Part shown: positions 26,830 through 35,914 of the stretch, piece after piece
How the letters are laid out: each line of letters begins with the position of its first letter
Numbering within the stretch: the stretch's first letter is position 1
From: a virus
IMG/VR virus record: IMGVR_UViG_3300028920_000041
Coordinates: 32,001-96,000 of that record
Reading direction: 5' to 3' (one strand)
DNA length: 64,000 nt
The notes under the pieces: generated by a model
Database searches by the model: none
What the model saw: only the letters and a program-made list of their open reading frames with translations
Told to the model about the DNA's origin: nothing
Program-made: the position numbers and the translations under genes

Positions 26830-27352
26830 AGTGTCAACAGCTCAAAAGAGGCATGGTACGCTAAGAGAAAACATCGCTAGGCTTAGAGTAGAGCTTCGTT
26901 CTTTGCTCGAAATGGGTGCTGGTATAGGGGACTTTGAAGTTATCTTGTTTCGGTTGTTGAAAGAGTTTGAGACGAGTAGGATAAGAGCAGAAGCAGCACA
27001 TAGAGATCTAGAGAAGAAACTAGCTTATGTGGAAGCAGATATTCGCGCTGCATCGGCTTACAGTGAATCTTTGATTACACTTGTCGAAGGCTATCGCAGC
27101 GAAGCCAAACAAAAGCAAGAAAAAGTGGAGTATAAGCTTACAGAAGATGTTATTCAGAATGTTTGTGCTTGTGGTTGTACGGACGAAGAGGACGAAAAAG
27201 AGTGTAAATGTTCTTGTCATCAAGGGACTCCTTGTGATGTTCCATGGTGTGTACCTTGCAGGGAGATAGAAGGTGTGAAGCCAACACCACATCCACATGC
27301 TAGAAACAAAACTACGCCACTCCATGGATCTGCCCGGCCCGGAACACAGTAA
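26816..27352 (+). CDS. Coiled-coil protein with Cys-rich C-terminus
   Basis: Long heptad helix followed by CACGC..CKCSCH..CDVPWCVPC. Confidence 0.6.
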   Translation: MSTDEVSTAQKRHGTLRENIARLRVELRSLLEMGAGIGDFEVILFRLLKEFETSRIRAEAAHRDLEKKLAYVEADIRAASAYSESLITLVEGYRSEAKQKQEKVEYKLTEDVIQNVCACGCTDEEDEKECKCSCHQGTPCDVPWCVPCREIEGVKPTPHPHARNKTTPLHGSARPGTQ

Positions 27353-28077
27353 TGACAGGTCTTCGTAAAGCAGACTTTGTTGATGTTGAGATTGTGGACC
27401 AAGAAGAGCTTGGTTCTGATGGCTCTTTGTCCATATTCACCGGAGCTACTGTTACTTCGTGTACGTCTTCAACAAAGAGGGTTGTCTGTTCAGGAACCCT
27501 CTTCATAAACGGTGATACAGATGAAACACTGGAGCCAAAAGACGTTGTCACAATAGCAGGATCTACAGCCGCAGATGGAACGTACACAGTAGACTCTATT
27601 GTCAGTGATACTGAATTTGATGTAGTTGAAGCTATATCAGACTCTACAGGCGGAACGCTAAGCGCGGTTCACCCTCCAGGAGCTAGGAAAGTAGGATTTG
27701 ATTCAACAGGCCTTACACATACAACAGCAGACAATTTACAAGATGCAATAGAAGATCTAGACGGGGCAATTTCTGATGGGGGTATAACAGAAGCCCAACA
27801 CGAAGCTCTTGATACCCTAACCCATGATCTGACAGAGAGCCACACGGTTACTATTACTAAAGCGTCTGGTAAGGTATCTCAAGTACTAGCTGAAGTCACT
27901 CCAGGCGGTACGGATATTAGGAAGGTAGATATACTGACTAGAACGGGCGGTAAAGTGAATACTCTTCGAGTCACACAGTATGCAGCAAATGGAACGACTA
28001 TAGAAAGACAACTTGATTTAACTCTCAATCGAACGGACGGTAAAGTAACGTCTATCACCGTAGTAAGGACTGTGTGA
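27352..28077 (+). CDS. Putative virion structural protein
   Basis: One repeated beta domain (DVVTIAGSTAADGTYTVDSI), ADNLQDAIEDL fibre motif, C-terminal beta hairpins. Confidence 0.65.
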   Translation: MTGLRKADFVDVEIVDQEELGSDGSLSIFTGATVTSCTSSTKRVVCSGTLFINGDTDETLEPKDVVTIAGSTAADGTYTVDSIVSDTEFDVVEAISDSTGGTLSAVHPPGARKVGFDSTGLTHTTADNLQDAIEDLDGAISDGGITEAQHEALDTLTHDLTESHTVTITKASGKVSQVLAEVTPGGTDIRKVDILTRTGGKVNTLRVTQYAANGTTIERQLDLTLNRTDGKVTSITVVRTV

Positions 28078-28078
28078 T

Positions 28079-28708
28079 ATGTTCTTTATTGTCGAAGTAG
28101 ACAATGACGGGTTCCAGATACTGGACGTAAACGGCAACCCAATCATCTCTAAAGATAGGGGTGACGGAGATAGGTTAGGCGTTGATGCTACTATTGCTCC
28201 AGGCCAATCAATCAGTTTAGAGCCTGTCTCATCTAACGTAAGCCAGTCCTTTAGGGAATACTGTGAGAATGGTGGTTCTGAAGATCTAAGGGTTGATGGG
28301 AGTAGCTCTGCTGTTGATTTTGTGGTTAATGCTGACGCTACCGATGATATTCGTATAAGTGAAATTCGTTTTTTGTTAACTATAACCAATTTCAGAGAGA
28401 ATGGATCTATGTTTGGACAAGATCCAGAGCTTACCAATGGTATCCTCTTGTCTATTAGGTCGAATAGCATTGATAAAGACTTAATCAATATTACGCTATC
28501 GGAGCATTTTAGAGAGTTATTTAGTCATTCAGGAACAACGGTAGATCGTAGCGGCAATAATGATGTGGTTAGTGCTGGTATTTATTTTGGTGGTGCTGTT
28601 TCTCTTGTCGGAGGGAGCAGTGATTATGTCAGAGTTAGAGTTAGAGATGATCTGACTGATAATGAGTATAAGTATTTTACATGCACAGTCACAGGAATCA
28701 AAGGTTAG
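28079..28708 (+). CDS. Virion protein, paralogous jelly-roll-like family member 1
   Basis: DLRVDGSS...LTNGI...VRVRVRDDLT. Confidence 0.65.
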   Translation: MFFIVEVDNDGFQILDVNGNPIISKDRGDGDRLGVDATIAPGQSISLEPVSSNVSQSFREYCENGGSEDLRVDGSSSAVDFVVNADATDDIRISEIRFLLTITNFRENGSMFGQDPELTNGILLSIRSNSIDKDLINITLSEHFRELFSHSGTTVDRSGNNDVVSAGIYFGGAVSLVGGSSDYVRVRVRDDLTDNEYKYFTCTVTGIKG

Positions 28709-28711
28709 ACT

Positions 28712-29950
28712 ATGCCGGTCACTACTGAAGAGTCTAAGGGCTTAAATGCTTCTGACGAAGAGACTCCTTTACGGATAGATGTTAACAACCGTTTGTTGGT
28801 TTCTACACAAGATGAACTTCATCCTGGTTTTCTTGCTGTAAAGACAACTGCTGCAGCTTTACCCGCTTGCATTACTTCTACAGGGACAGCGCCTTTTGCT
28901 ATTGGTGGCGAGACGCTCAATATCAAGGTCAACGGGGTGGCGCAGTCCGTAACGTTTTCGACGACGCCTGCCACGGCCGGAACGTCAACATCTGACTACG
29001 ACCCAGCCACCTCGAATGCGTCGAAGAACAAGTTCAAGATCAGCATTGATGGTGGGGCTTCTACAGAAATTGAAATTAGTAAGAGTCTGACAAGTGGTGT
29101 GGCTATAGCCGCTGATATTGAGGATGAAATTCAGTCTGAGGTACCTAACGGTGGTAGCGCAACGTGTGACTATGATTCATCTGCTCCGGGTAAATATCGT
29201 GTTACAAGCGGTACCACAGGATCTAGTTCTAGTGTAGTTATTGTTGATTCTGGTAAGAGCAATATGGCTGCTATCTTAAAAATGGGAGTAGTCAATGGAG
29301 GACTTGAGATTGTAGGCACAGATGCTAACTCGTATAGTGTTTATGATGTTGTTGAAGAGCTAAACTCTCAGCTTTCAGATATTAGTGCATATGTTATTGA
29401 TGGTGATGTTGCAATAAAAACACTAGATATAGGGGCTTCTACAACCTTAGAAGTGACCGGAGGGGCAGCCAATACAGATCTAGGATTCACGACAGACGAA
29501 GTAACAGGCTCTGCACCTTCCGGAGCAACAGATTTAGCTGTAGATGGCAGTTCAGTACCTGTGGTTTTTAGAGTACCGCTTCATTCTCAGTACAAGTACG
29601 TTGTTACAAGGATCGTTTATGCTATCCGTGATGCCTCTGCTTCCAACAATACATTTGGAGGACTCGCAGAGCTAACAAATGGAGTCAAGGTGGAGGTTGA
29701 AAACTACAGTGAGCCATTACACGAATGGTTTATCGTTAAGACGAATTCAGAGTTACTCTCTCGGGCTGGTAGAGGTCAGCTCATAATCAGTGCATACGCT
29801 ACAGACGATCTTGTGTATGCTGATTTTGTTCTGAGCCCCGGTATTGTTTTAAGACCCGGAAGCTCTGACACTGTGCAGTTTACAGTTCAAGATGATCTGT
29901 CCGGTCTTACAGCGTTCGATATATTGGCAGAAGGATACTTGTATACATGA
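28712..29950 (+). CDS. Virion protein, paralogous family member 2, with sheath/hook-like N-terminal domains
   Basis: C-terminal DLAVDGSS...LTNGV...VQFTVQDDLS; N-terminal FKISIDGG...VTSGTTGSSSSV. Confidence 0.65.
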   Translation: MPVTTEESKGLNASDEETPLRIDVNNRLLVSTQDELHPGFLAVKTTAAALPACITSTGTAPFAIGGETLNIKVNGVAQSVTFSTTPATAGTSTSDYDPATSNASKNKFKISIDGGASTEIEISKSLTSGVAIAADIEDEIQSEVPNGGSATCDYDSSAPGKYRVTSGTTGSSSSVVIVDSGKSNMAAILKMGVVNGGLEIVGTDANSYSVYDVVEELNSQLSDISAYVIDGDVAIKTLDIGASTTLEVTGGAANTDLGFTTDEVTGSAPSGATDLAVDGSSVPVVFRVPLHSQYKYVVTRIVYAIRDASASNNTFGGLAELTNGVKVEVENYSEPLHEWFIVKTNSELLSRAGRGQLIISAYATDDLVYADFVLSPGIVLRPGSSDTVQFTVQDDLSGLTAFDILAEGYLYT

Positions 29951-30345
29951 GAATTTGTGCTGAATGTGCAGCTTGTTGTCGGTCCCTTATAGTTGAAGAA
30001 CTTTCTAAGCCAACTAATACGAAGTGTAGGTTCCAAGACATTGGATGTTTGGTTTACCACAATAGGCCTAAGTCTTGTAGAGGCTTCGATTGTGCTTGGA
30101 AGATTAATATGATCGGGTTTGAGTCAGAGAGCATGAGACCTGATAGGTGTGGTATTGTAGCAACTCCTTGCTCTACAGATCATGGTACTGGGTTAGCTCT
30201 TTTCGAAGTATGGTTAGATGCTGCTATAGACAGTCGTATACAAGACATCATCATAAAGTACAACAAAAGATATCCTATCATGATAGTTCCTCCAAGTGGC
30301 AATAAAGGTAACCTCTTCGATATACATGGTGCACTATGCGAGTAG
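29947..30345 (+). CDS. Second YkgJ-like cysteine-cluster protein
   Basis: CAECAACC...KCRFQDIGCLVYHNRPKSCRGFDCAW. Confidence 0.7.
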   Translation: MRICAECAACCRSLIVEELSKPTNTKCRFQDIGCLVYHNRPKSCRGFDCAWKINMIGFESESMRPDRCGIVATPCSTDHGTGLALFEVWLDAAIDSRIQDIIIKYNKRYPIMIVPPSGNKGNLFDIHGALCE

Positions 30346-31355
30346 TAGAGCTTCCAGCAATACGATCTATAGATGGTGTTCCTGTTTCTGCAAAGAGGAT
30401 TCTTAAACCGGGTCAAGTATCTTTTAAGAGACATGACAACAATACAGAGCAGATGAATGTTAATGGAGAGTCTTCTGGTACGGCTCTTGTTGTTTGGAAT
30501 GGAACCGGAGTAGGCGATACGGGAGGAGATTGGTCTGTATCAGGAGTAGGTTCTGAAACTTCAGGATCTATGTATTCAGGTACAAATGGATGGGATACCG
30601 GAGTCACGTCTTCTGGCAACAATACAACGCTTGACAATGGGTCTATGATTGATGTTGATGGCACCTATGATGAATTGAAGTTTTGGTTACAGCCGAAAGC
30701 GTATCCTGCAGGATCTAGGTTAAGAGTTGTGTGGTTGGATTCTAGCAATACAGCTATCGGACGCAGTATTCTAGTATCTAATTACACTGAAGACATGGAT
30801 CTAGACACTTGGCAACAGATAGCTATACCTATCAGTGATTTCAACTTGACGGGAAATGTTCAGAAGCTTCGTTTTATGTACATGAATGCCAGTGGACAGC
30901 AGTACTATCTAGATGACATAGATCTAGTCCATTCAGGTGGTGGAGGCCCTTATAGATTTCAAGTTGAGGCACCGGACGCTAACACTAGATACCATCTTTC
31001 TATGCTCGTGTTGATGATAGCAGGGCCGGGGTCTTCGTGGAGTCCGTCCACATTTGCAAACATATCTGCGCTTTCAAAAGGGCTATTGTTAAGGCAAAGA
31101 AGAAAGTCAGATGGTGAGATCTTGTGGAAGAGAAACAGTAAAGACAACCTAGCTCTGTTTGGTAGGTACCATCCTCAAGATGATATCACTTACTCAGATG
31201 GTACACTTCAGTTAGGTTTTATGATGAAACCAGGTAGGGCAGATGTTCTTATTACATATGATGAGATACTAGAGTTTGTTGTCAGAGATGATCTAAGTAG
31301 CATAACAGAGGCAAGAGCTTATGCAGAATTTGGTATAGAAGAGGCTTCATCATGA
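30336..31355 (+). CDS. Virion protein, paralogous family member 3, with inserted carbohydrate-binding-like module
   Basis: MNVNGESS...[YDELKFW...WQQIAIPISDF...YYLDDIDL]...LSKGL...EFVVRDDLS. Confidence 0.65.
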   Translation: MRVVELPAIRSIDGVPVSAKRILKPGQVSFKRHDNNTEQMNVNGESSGTALVVWNGTGVGDTGGDWSVSGVGSETSGSMYSGTNGWDTGVTSSGNNTTLDNGSMIDVDGTYDELKFWLQPKAYPAGSRLRVVWLDSSNTAIGRSILVSNYTEDMDLDTWQQIAIPISDFNLTGNVQKLRFMYMNASGQQYYLDDIDLVHSGGGGPYRFQVEAPDANTRYHLSMLVLMIAGPGSSWSPSTFANISALSKGLLLRQRRKSDGEILWKRNSKDNLALFGRYHPQDDITYSDGTLQLGFMMKPGRADVLITYDEILEFVVRDDLSSITEARAYAEFGIEEASS

Positions 31356-32071
31356 GTGTTAATCTGAAGAGACCCTTAGAGACATCAGACCGTAAGCAGT
31401 ACATTAGATCTTCAGCGTACACTCTTGGTACACGTCTTTACATAGCCGGGTGTGGAGATCACAGAACCAATGGTACAGGTAAGGGGTCTCGGTTTGAAAA
31501 GGAACACAGTTCGTCAGGACTTTCTTCTTGGTATCCTTTTCAATTTAACGATTGGGTGGAATTAGGTGGCGGTGGGATGTGGTATAAGAATGCTGTTTAC
31601 GGTGACTATGTCACATTCAGAATGTACGCACCAGCTACAGAGATAGTTGAAAACGCGGGTAACGGAAACTGTAATGTGCACGCTTCTGGGATCTTAATCC
31701 CTGCTAGTGATGATGGCTCACATGATGTGGACTTGACAACAGCGGACAAAGCGATTCCTTTGATTACATCCGGTGGATTCTGGGACTGGAGCTATCCGGA
31801 TACAGGCCTAGGATCTTGTACTCCAGCACCTTCAGGGACTGGTAACTGCAATTTGGTGCCTGCCGAGGTTGCTATACACACCTACGTTGCCGATGTTGGG
31901 ATCTTAGGTGATGGTTACTTGAATGTCACTTTCCCTGGAGTAGACCCAACACGGTTTTTACCGCATTGGAAGATGGCTTGTAGGATCTATAATACAGATG
32001 GCTCTCACACTATACAGCTCACATGGGAACTTGAGGTAGCTCGAATGAGCGGAGTTATAGACTACTCATGA
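31352..32071 (+). CDS. Hypothetical virion-associated protein
   Basis: 239 aa, beta-rich, ATGA-coupled. Confidence 0.6.
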   Translation: MSVNLKRPLETSDRKQYIRSSAYTLGTRLYIAGCGDHRTNGTGKGSRFEKEHSSSGLSSWYPFQFNDWVELGGGGMWYKNAVYGDYVTFRMYAPATEIVENAGNGNCNVHASGILIPASDDGSHDVDLTTADKAIPLITSGGFWDWSYPDTGLGSCTPAPSGTGNCNLVPAEVAIHTYVADVGILGDGYLNVTFPGVDPTRFLPHWKMACRIYNTDGSHTIQLTWELEVARMSGVIDYS

Positions 32072-32145
32072 GTACAACAGACACAATAGTCATTATTAGT
32101 CTGTTTGTGCTGTTTCTGGCTCTAGTTATCACAACGGTAAGATAA
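32068..32145 (+). CDS. 25-aa single-TM peptide
   Basis: MSTTDTIVIISLFVLFLALVITTVR; ATGA overlap upstream, TAATG downstream. Confidence 0.5.
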   Translation: MSTTDTIVIISLFVLFLALVITTVR

Positions 32146-32468
32146 TGGACTACGGACCTATTTTAGACTGGTGGATCTTGCCTCACTTTTGTTTCTTTCT
32201 GTTCTTGGCATCTTCTATCCATGCAAAGTGGGAACCTGTGTGGTGGGAACACATAATTCTCTGTGTTATGCTTTCTATTGCGTGGGAAGTGCCAGAGTAT
32301 TTTTTGCAGAGAAAGTACATAGAGACATGGGTTGTGGTAGAACACCCTGTCAACTCATGGGTGATAGATCCTATTTCTAATGGTGCAGGTTGGTTCGTCG
32401 GTACTCTCATTGGTGCGTGGTCCAAATCTCGTAAGAGGTATTCACCTAGCAACAGGCACCTAAAATGA
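32145..32468 (+). CDS. Membrane protein, DUF2585/UPF0314-like
   Basis: LDWWILPHF...AWEVPEY...EHPVNSWVID; 2-3 hydrophobic segments. Confidence 0.55.
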   Translation: MDYGPILDWWILPHFCFFLFLASSIHAKWEPVWWEHIILCVMLSIAWEVPEYFLQRKYIETWVVVEHPVNSWVIDPISNGAGWFVGTLIGAWSKSRKRYSPSNRHLK

Positions 32469-33001
32469 CCCATAGAGGCAGGGGTCCTATAGACATCACG
32501 ATAGGGTTCTCAACGACTAACAAATTTATGTCAAGGGTGATCCGGTTTGTCACAAGAGCACCTTGTAGTCATGCTTGGATTTCTTTCTATGATGCTACGC
32601 TTGGTATGAAGATGGTAATGCAGGCGGAATGGTGGGGGTTTGAACTCAGGCCTTGGAAGAGATGGCAAAAAGAAAACACTCTAGTAGCAGAATTTGGCGT
32701 TTATGGAGGTGGCTACTACTCAAGTCTTACAGACTTAGCGAAATGGCTTGGATCTCGATACGATTTTAAAAGCGCTCTATTGGTTGGTGTTTCTAGCTGG
32801 TTCAAGTATTGGTTTAAGTCAAAATTCAGCATCCGGCCAAGTAGAACACCACACAAGCTCATGTGTGCAGAGTCCGTAGTTCGCTTTTTACAGAGTAACG
32901 ATTGCTCCGCTGTCTATGACTTAGATCCTGAGACCACTTCTCCAGGCGAGCTATTAAAGGTGCTTTCATCATCAAAGAAGTTTCTAACAAGAGGCCAATA
33001 A
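32465..33001 (+). CDS. Permuted papain-like (YiiX/YebB-type NlpC/P60) amidase/peptidase
   Basis: His before Cys: SRVIRFVTRAPCSHAW...LGSRYDF...LMCAESV...TSPGEL. Confidence 0.75.
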   Translation: MTHRGRGPIDITIGFSTTNKFMSRVIRFVTRAPCSHAWISFYDATLGMKMVMQAEWWGFELRPWKRWQKENTLVAEFGVYGGGYYSSLTDLAKWLGSRYDFKSALLVGVSSWFKYWFKSKFSIRPSRTPHKLMCAESVVRFLQSNDCSAVYDLDPETTSPGELLKVLSSSKKFLTRGQ

Positions 33002-33670
33002 GTGCCTACGCTAGAGGACAAGTTCGATCTAGGTAAGACAATAGGGTCTATTGAATCCAGTGTTGGTTCAATTCAAAACACTGTTGATAAAGTCAACCTC
33101 AAGGTTGATTCACTAGGCGACAAACTCAGTCACTTGAACCATACCACAGTCAAGAAAAATGAATGCTCAGAGGGTTGCGGCAAAGTAGAGAGAAAGGTTG
33201 ATTCTGTACGTCAAGAGCTTGTAGGGATCAGACAAGACCTTGCAAAGAAGCAAACACGTAAGGAAGTCCCAACACTCAATTCATTTGCAGATGACACGAA
33301 ACGATTTAGGGTAAGCTCTGTTATAAGTCCTGTTGCTATAGAGGAAGAAAAACCTTCTAAGAGGAACATCCTTCAGAGAGTGAAAGATAATGCTGTAGCG
33401 ATAACAGCGATCATAGGATTCTTGACACTTGTTGGTGCTGGGTTCTTAAACCTAGCTCGATTCGTTGTCAGAGTAGAAACTGTGTTAGAAGAAAACAAGC
33501 AAGCCACAAAAGCACAGACAAAGAAGCTTGAAAAAGAGATCCGACGTATTGACGAATCCAAGCCCCGTATCGTCTACCTGCCGGCCAGGCCAGATGCGCG
33601 AGTCAAGCCAAGACCTGCCCGGCCAAGGCCTCGGCGCAGTCGTCGGACAAGCCGCCCCACGCCTCCCTGA
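33002..33670 (+). CDS. Coiled-coil plus single-TM membrane protein with Pro/Arg-rich tail
   Basis: AITAIIGFLTLVGAGFLNLA TM segment flanked by coiled coils. Confidence 0.6.
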   Translation: MPTLEDKFDLGKTIGSIESSVGSIQNTVDKVNLKVDSLGDKLSHLNHTTVKKNECSEGCGKVERKVDSVRQELVGIRQDLAKKQTRKEVPTLNSFADDTKRFRVSSVISPVAIEEEKPSKRNILQRVKDNAVAITAIIGFLTLVGAGFLNLARFVVRVETVLEENKQATKAQTKKLEKEIRRIDESKPRIVYLPARPDARVKPRPARPRPRRSRRTSRPTPP

Positions 33671-33746
33671 ATCGCGGTTAGGGACATCTGACCCATAGGA
33701 CTGCGGCCAAGCCCAAACTCAGCACACAGAGGCTCTGAACCCTCCC

Positions 33747-34187
33747 ATGCCGACTCTGACAGAATCCATCAAACAGCTTGGAGCAAATTACGTGATTACC
33801 CAAGGCAGGTACAACCTCACAGCGGATGCACTTCGGTTAAGAGACATCAAACCAATTCACTGTGGTGATAAGTATGTTTTTGAATTCAGTCTACAGAACC
33901 CGGATGGATCTGAATACGACCTTACAGGCAAGACTGTCAGGTTTACTGCAAAGTATGTGGTTGGGGATGGTGAAGCAAGCGCTATTGTCCAAAAGACAGG
34001 CGTGATAACCAATCCTCCAGGAACCGATGGATTAGTTACAGTGACTCTAACTCCGACAGATGTATCCGGTCCAGAGTTGATAAGAGGACTTTATGATCTG
34101 CAAGTAGCAACAGATGCAACAGACCCTGAAACGTTCATTTGGGGTGACATAGAGTTCCTGCCAAACATCACAGAGACAGTGCCATGA
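33747..34187 (+). CDS. BppU N-terminal-like Ig-fold virion protein
   Basis: GDKYVFEFSL..DGSEYDLTGKTVRFTAK...VTVTLTPTD...YDLQV. Confidence 0.65.
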   Translation: MPTLTESIKQLGANYVITQGRYNLTADALRLRDIKPIHCGDKYVFEFSLQNPDGSEYDLTGKTVRFTAKYVVGDGEASAIVQKTGVITNPPGTDGLVTVTLTPTDVSGPELIRGLYDLQVATDATDPETFIWGDIEFLPNITETVP

Positions 34188-34327
34188 ATGAGTCTATAAG
34201 AGAAGTGTTGAAAGAGCATTGTCTAACAGAAGACAAAAAGATTGTAGCATACCACGGTGGACCTAAACCTATCCGTAGATTTGATCCAAAGAGAGTCAAA
34301 GTTGTTAAGACAGAAAAGATTAAGTAA
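34184..34327 (+). pseudogene. Truncated ART-fold gene remnant retaining its leader (47 aa)
   Basis: Read by hand: MNESIREVLKEHCLTE-DKKIVAYHGGPKPIRRFDPKRVKVVKTEKIK*. Confidence 0.5.
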
Positions 34328-34336
34328 AGTATATCC

Positions 34337-34471
34337 ATGACAGCTAATTTCTTCTGGGACTGGTTACGCATCGTAGGTTTCCTGACTATAGGTTTGATTG
34401 TATCTATCATCATCGCACTTTTTGGTATCAGTATCTCTCACCAGAGACGGAAAAATGATAACAAATCCTGA
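34337..34471 (+). CDS. Small single-TM peptide (44 aa), paralogue A
   Basis: MTANFFWDWLRIVGFLTIGLIVSIIIALFGISISHQRRK... Confidence 0.55.
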   Translation: MTANFFWDWLRIVGFLTIGLIVSIIIALFGISISHQRRKNDNKS

Positions 34472-34607
34472 TATTTTGGATTACCTCAAGATCATAGGGT
34501 TTGTAGCTGTTTGTTTGTTGATAGCTGTTCTTATTGCACTTATTGGAATTTACGTTTCAGATAAAAGAGACGAAAAGAAGATAAAGAAGATCAGGAGACG
34601 AAGATGA
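34455..34607 (+). CDS. Small single-TM peptide (50 aa), paralogue B
   Basis: MITNPDILDYLKIIGFVAVCLLIAVLIALIGIYVSDKRDEKK... Confidence 0.6.
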   Translation: MITNPDILDYLKIIGFVAVCLLIAVLIALIGIYVSDKRDEKKIKKIRRRR

Positions 34608-35029
34608 GTGCCTTTTGCCGTATCAGAGCAAACGACGTAGCCGACATTTCCAGACTGGCTCTAGCCAGAGGCCTTGAGCATAACATCATGCCGTTTGAAG
34701 GAGATGACTACGCTGATTGGGTTACGGTTCAGTTAACCAATGATAGAAGCCGCAGAGCTTTCGAGAATCTGTGTGCTGAAAACAACGTTACGGTTGACGG
34801 TAGGCAGGTGATCCACCGTATGACCGATGCTGTGCTAGCAGGCACTTCTCCAGAGCGTGCAATGGATGAAGCTCTAACAGGCGGCATGAAACGAGCTATG
34901 ACAAACGGAGCTAAGTATACCTGTGGTGATTGCGGTTTGCCGATCCCTAGGTACAGAGGCAGGTACCCTACTACTTGCCCGGAGTGCAATGGCGAGTTGA
35001 CTCCACCCCATGAAAGACCGGCAGAGTAG
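34604..35029 (+). CDS. Protein with targeting motif and C-terminal Zn ribbon
   Basis: RMTDAVLAGTSPERAMDEAL; CGDCG...CPEC. Confidence 0.65.
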   Translation: MSAFCRIRANDVADISRLALARGLEHNIMPFEGDDYADWVTVQLTNDRSRRAFENLCAENNVTVDGRQVIHRMTDAVLAGTSPERAMDEALTGGMKRAMTNGAKYTCGDCGLPIPRYRGRYPTTCPECNGELTPPHERPAE

Positions 35030-35038
35030 GAAACTCCT

Positions 35039-35905
35039 ATGGAACACCTAAAGAGCGTTATCCGTCAAAGTATTTTAACTGAAAGCTTCCTAAAAGAAGA
35101 CGATGCAGGTGATCCACCCAAGACGCTCAAAGTCAAAGACACAGCCGGTAAAGATGTTCTGAGCTACTTCTATAGCGGTGTACTGGATAACTACAAGCTA
35201 AAGCCTGATCAAGTCATGGCCATGATAGGTGGTGGTGACATTGATAAAGGCAAACAGATGTTCGTTGCCAACTTCAACACACTTCGTAAAGCGGCGAGCA
35301 GTAGTGGCAAGCCTCCCAGAGCTTGGATGCCTGTCATAAAACCTAATGACATACCAGGCCTTGTAAGAGCGCTCAAAGCAGGCCAGATAGACATCGCTAT
35401 CCCGCATGCAGATCTCAAGAAGAAAACAGAGAGCTTTCTATCAGCGTTGAATGACATGTTGACAGAGGCTCCAAAGTATAAAGACAAAGAGATTGATATG
35501 GCTAAAGGCAAAGGACAGCCTAAGCCAGCGCCTGACAAAAAGACCTTTCTCAAGAAAGGGACTATGGACAATGTCAAAGCTGATGACATTGTCAGAGGCA
35601 TCAAAGTTGCTGAGATACCGGTTAAGCAGCTAAAGCCGTCTCAAGATGAAATCTATGGATCTAAGATTGCTTTGAACATGACAAAGATGGGACCAACGGT
35701 AGGTGGCAAGACTGCTTTTGGTGAGCCTGACATCATTGTTACTTCAGATAACTACATACTAGATGGTCATCATAGGTGGGCTACAGCGTGGGCCGGTCAC
35801 CCAAGCAACAAGATAAAGGTTACTGTGATCCCACTGCCACTAAAGCACCTGTTCTTGGTTCTGAGAGCATATGGTGCAGCACTTGGCAATCCACAGCAGT
35901 CCTAG
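35039..35905 (+). CDS. ParB/sulfiredoxin-like domain protein with leader
   Basis: LKPSQDEI...IIVTSDNYILDGHHRW; leader MEHLKSVIRQSILTE. Confidence 0.75.
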   Translation: MEHLKSVIRQSILTESFLKEDDAGDPPKTLKVKDTAGKDVLSYFYSGVLDNYKLKPDQVMAMIGGGDIDKGKQMFVANFNTLRKAASSSGKPPRAWMPVIKPNDIPGLVRALKAGQIDIAIPHADLKKKTESFLSALNDMLTEAPKYKDKEIDMAKGKGQPKPAPDKKTFLKKGTMDNVKADDIVRGIKVAEIPVKQLKPSQDEIYGSKIALNMTKMGPTVGGKTAFGEPDIIVTSDNYILDGHHRWATAWAGHPSNKIKVTVIPLPLKHLFLVLRAYGAALGNPQQS

Positions 35906-35914
35906 GAGATAACA

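Noticed and set aside
33575-33745. Local GC-rich patches (also about 900-1260, 9600-9780, 54150-54430)
   Set aside because: They mostly coincide with Pro/Arg/Ala-rich linkers, which explains the composition without invoking transfer.
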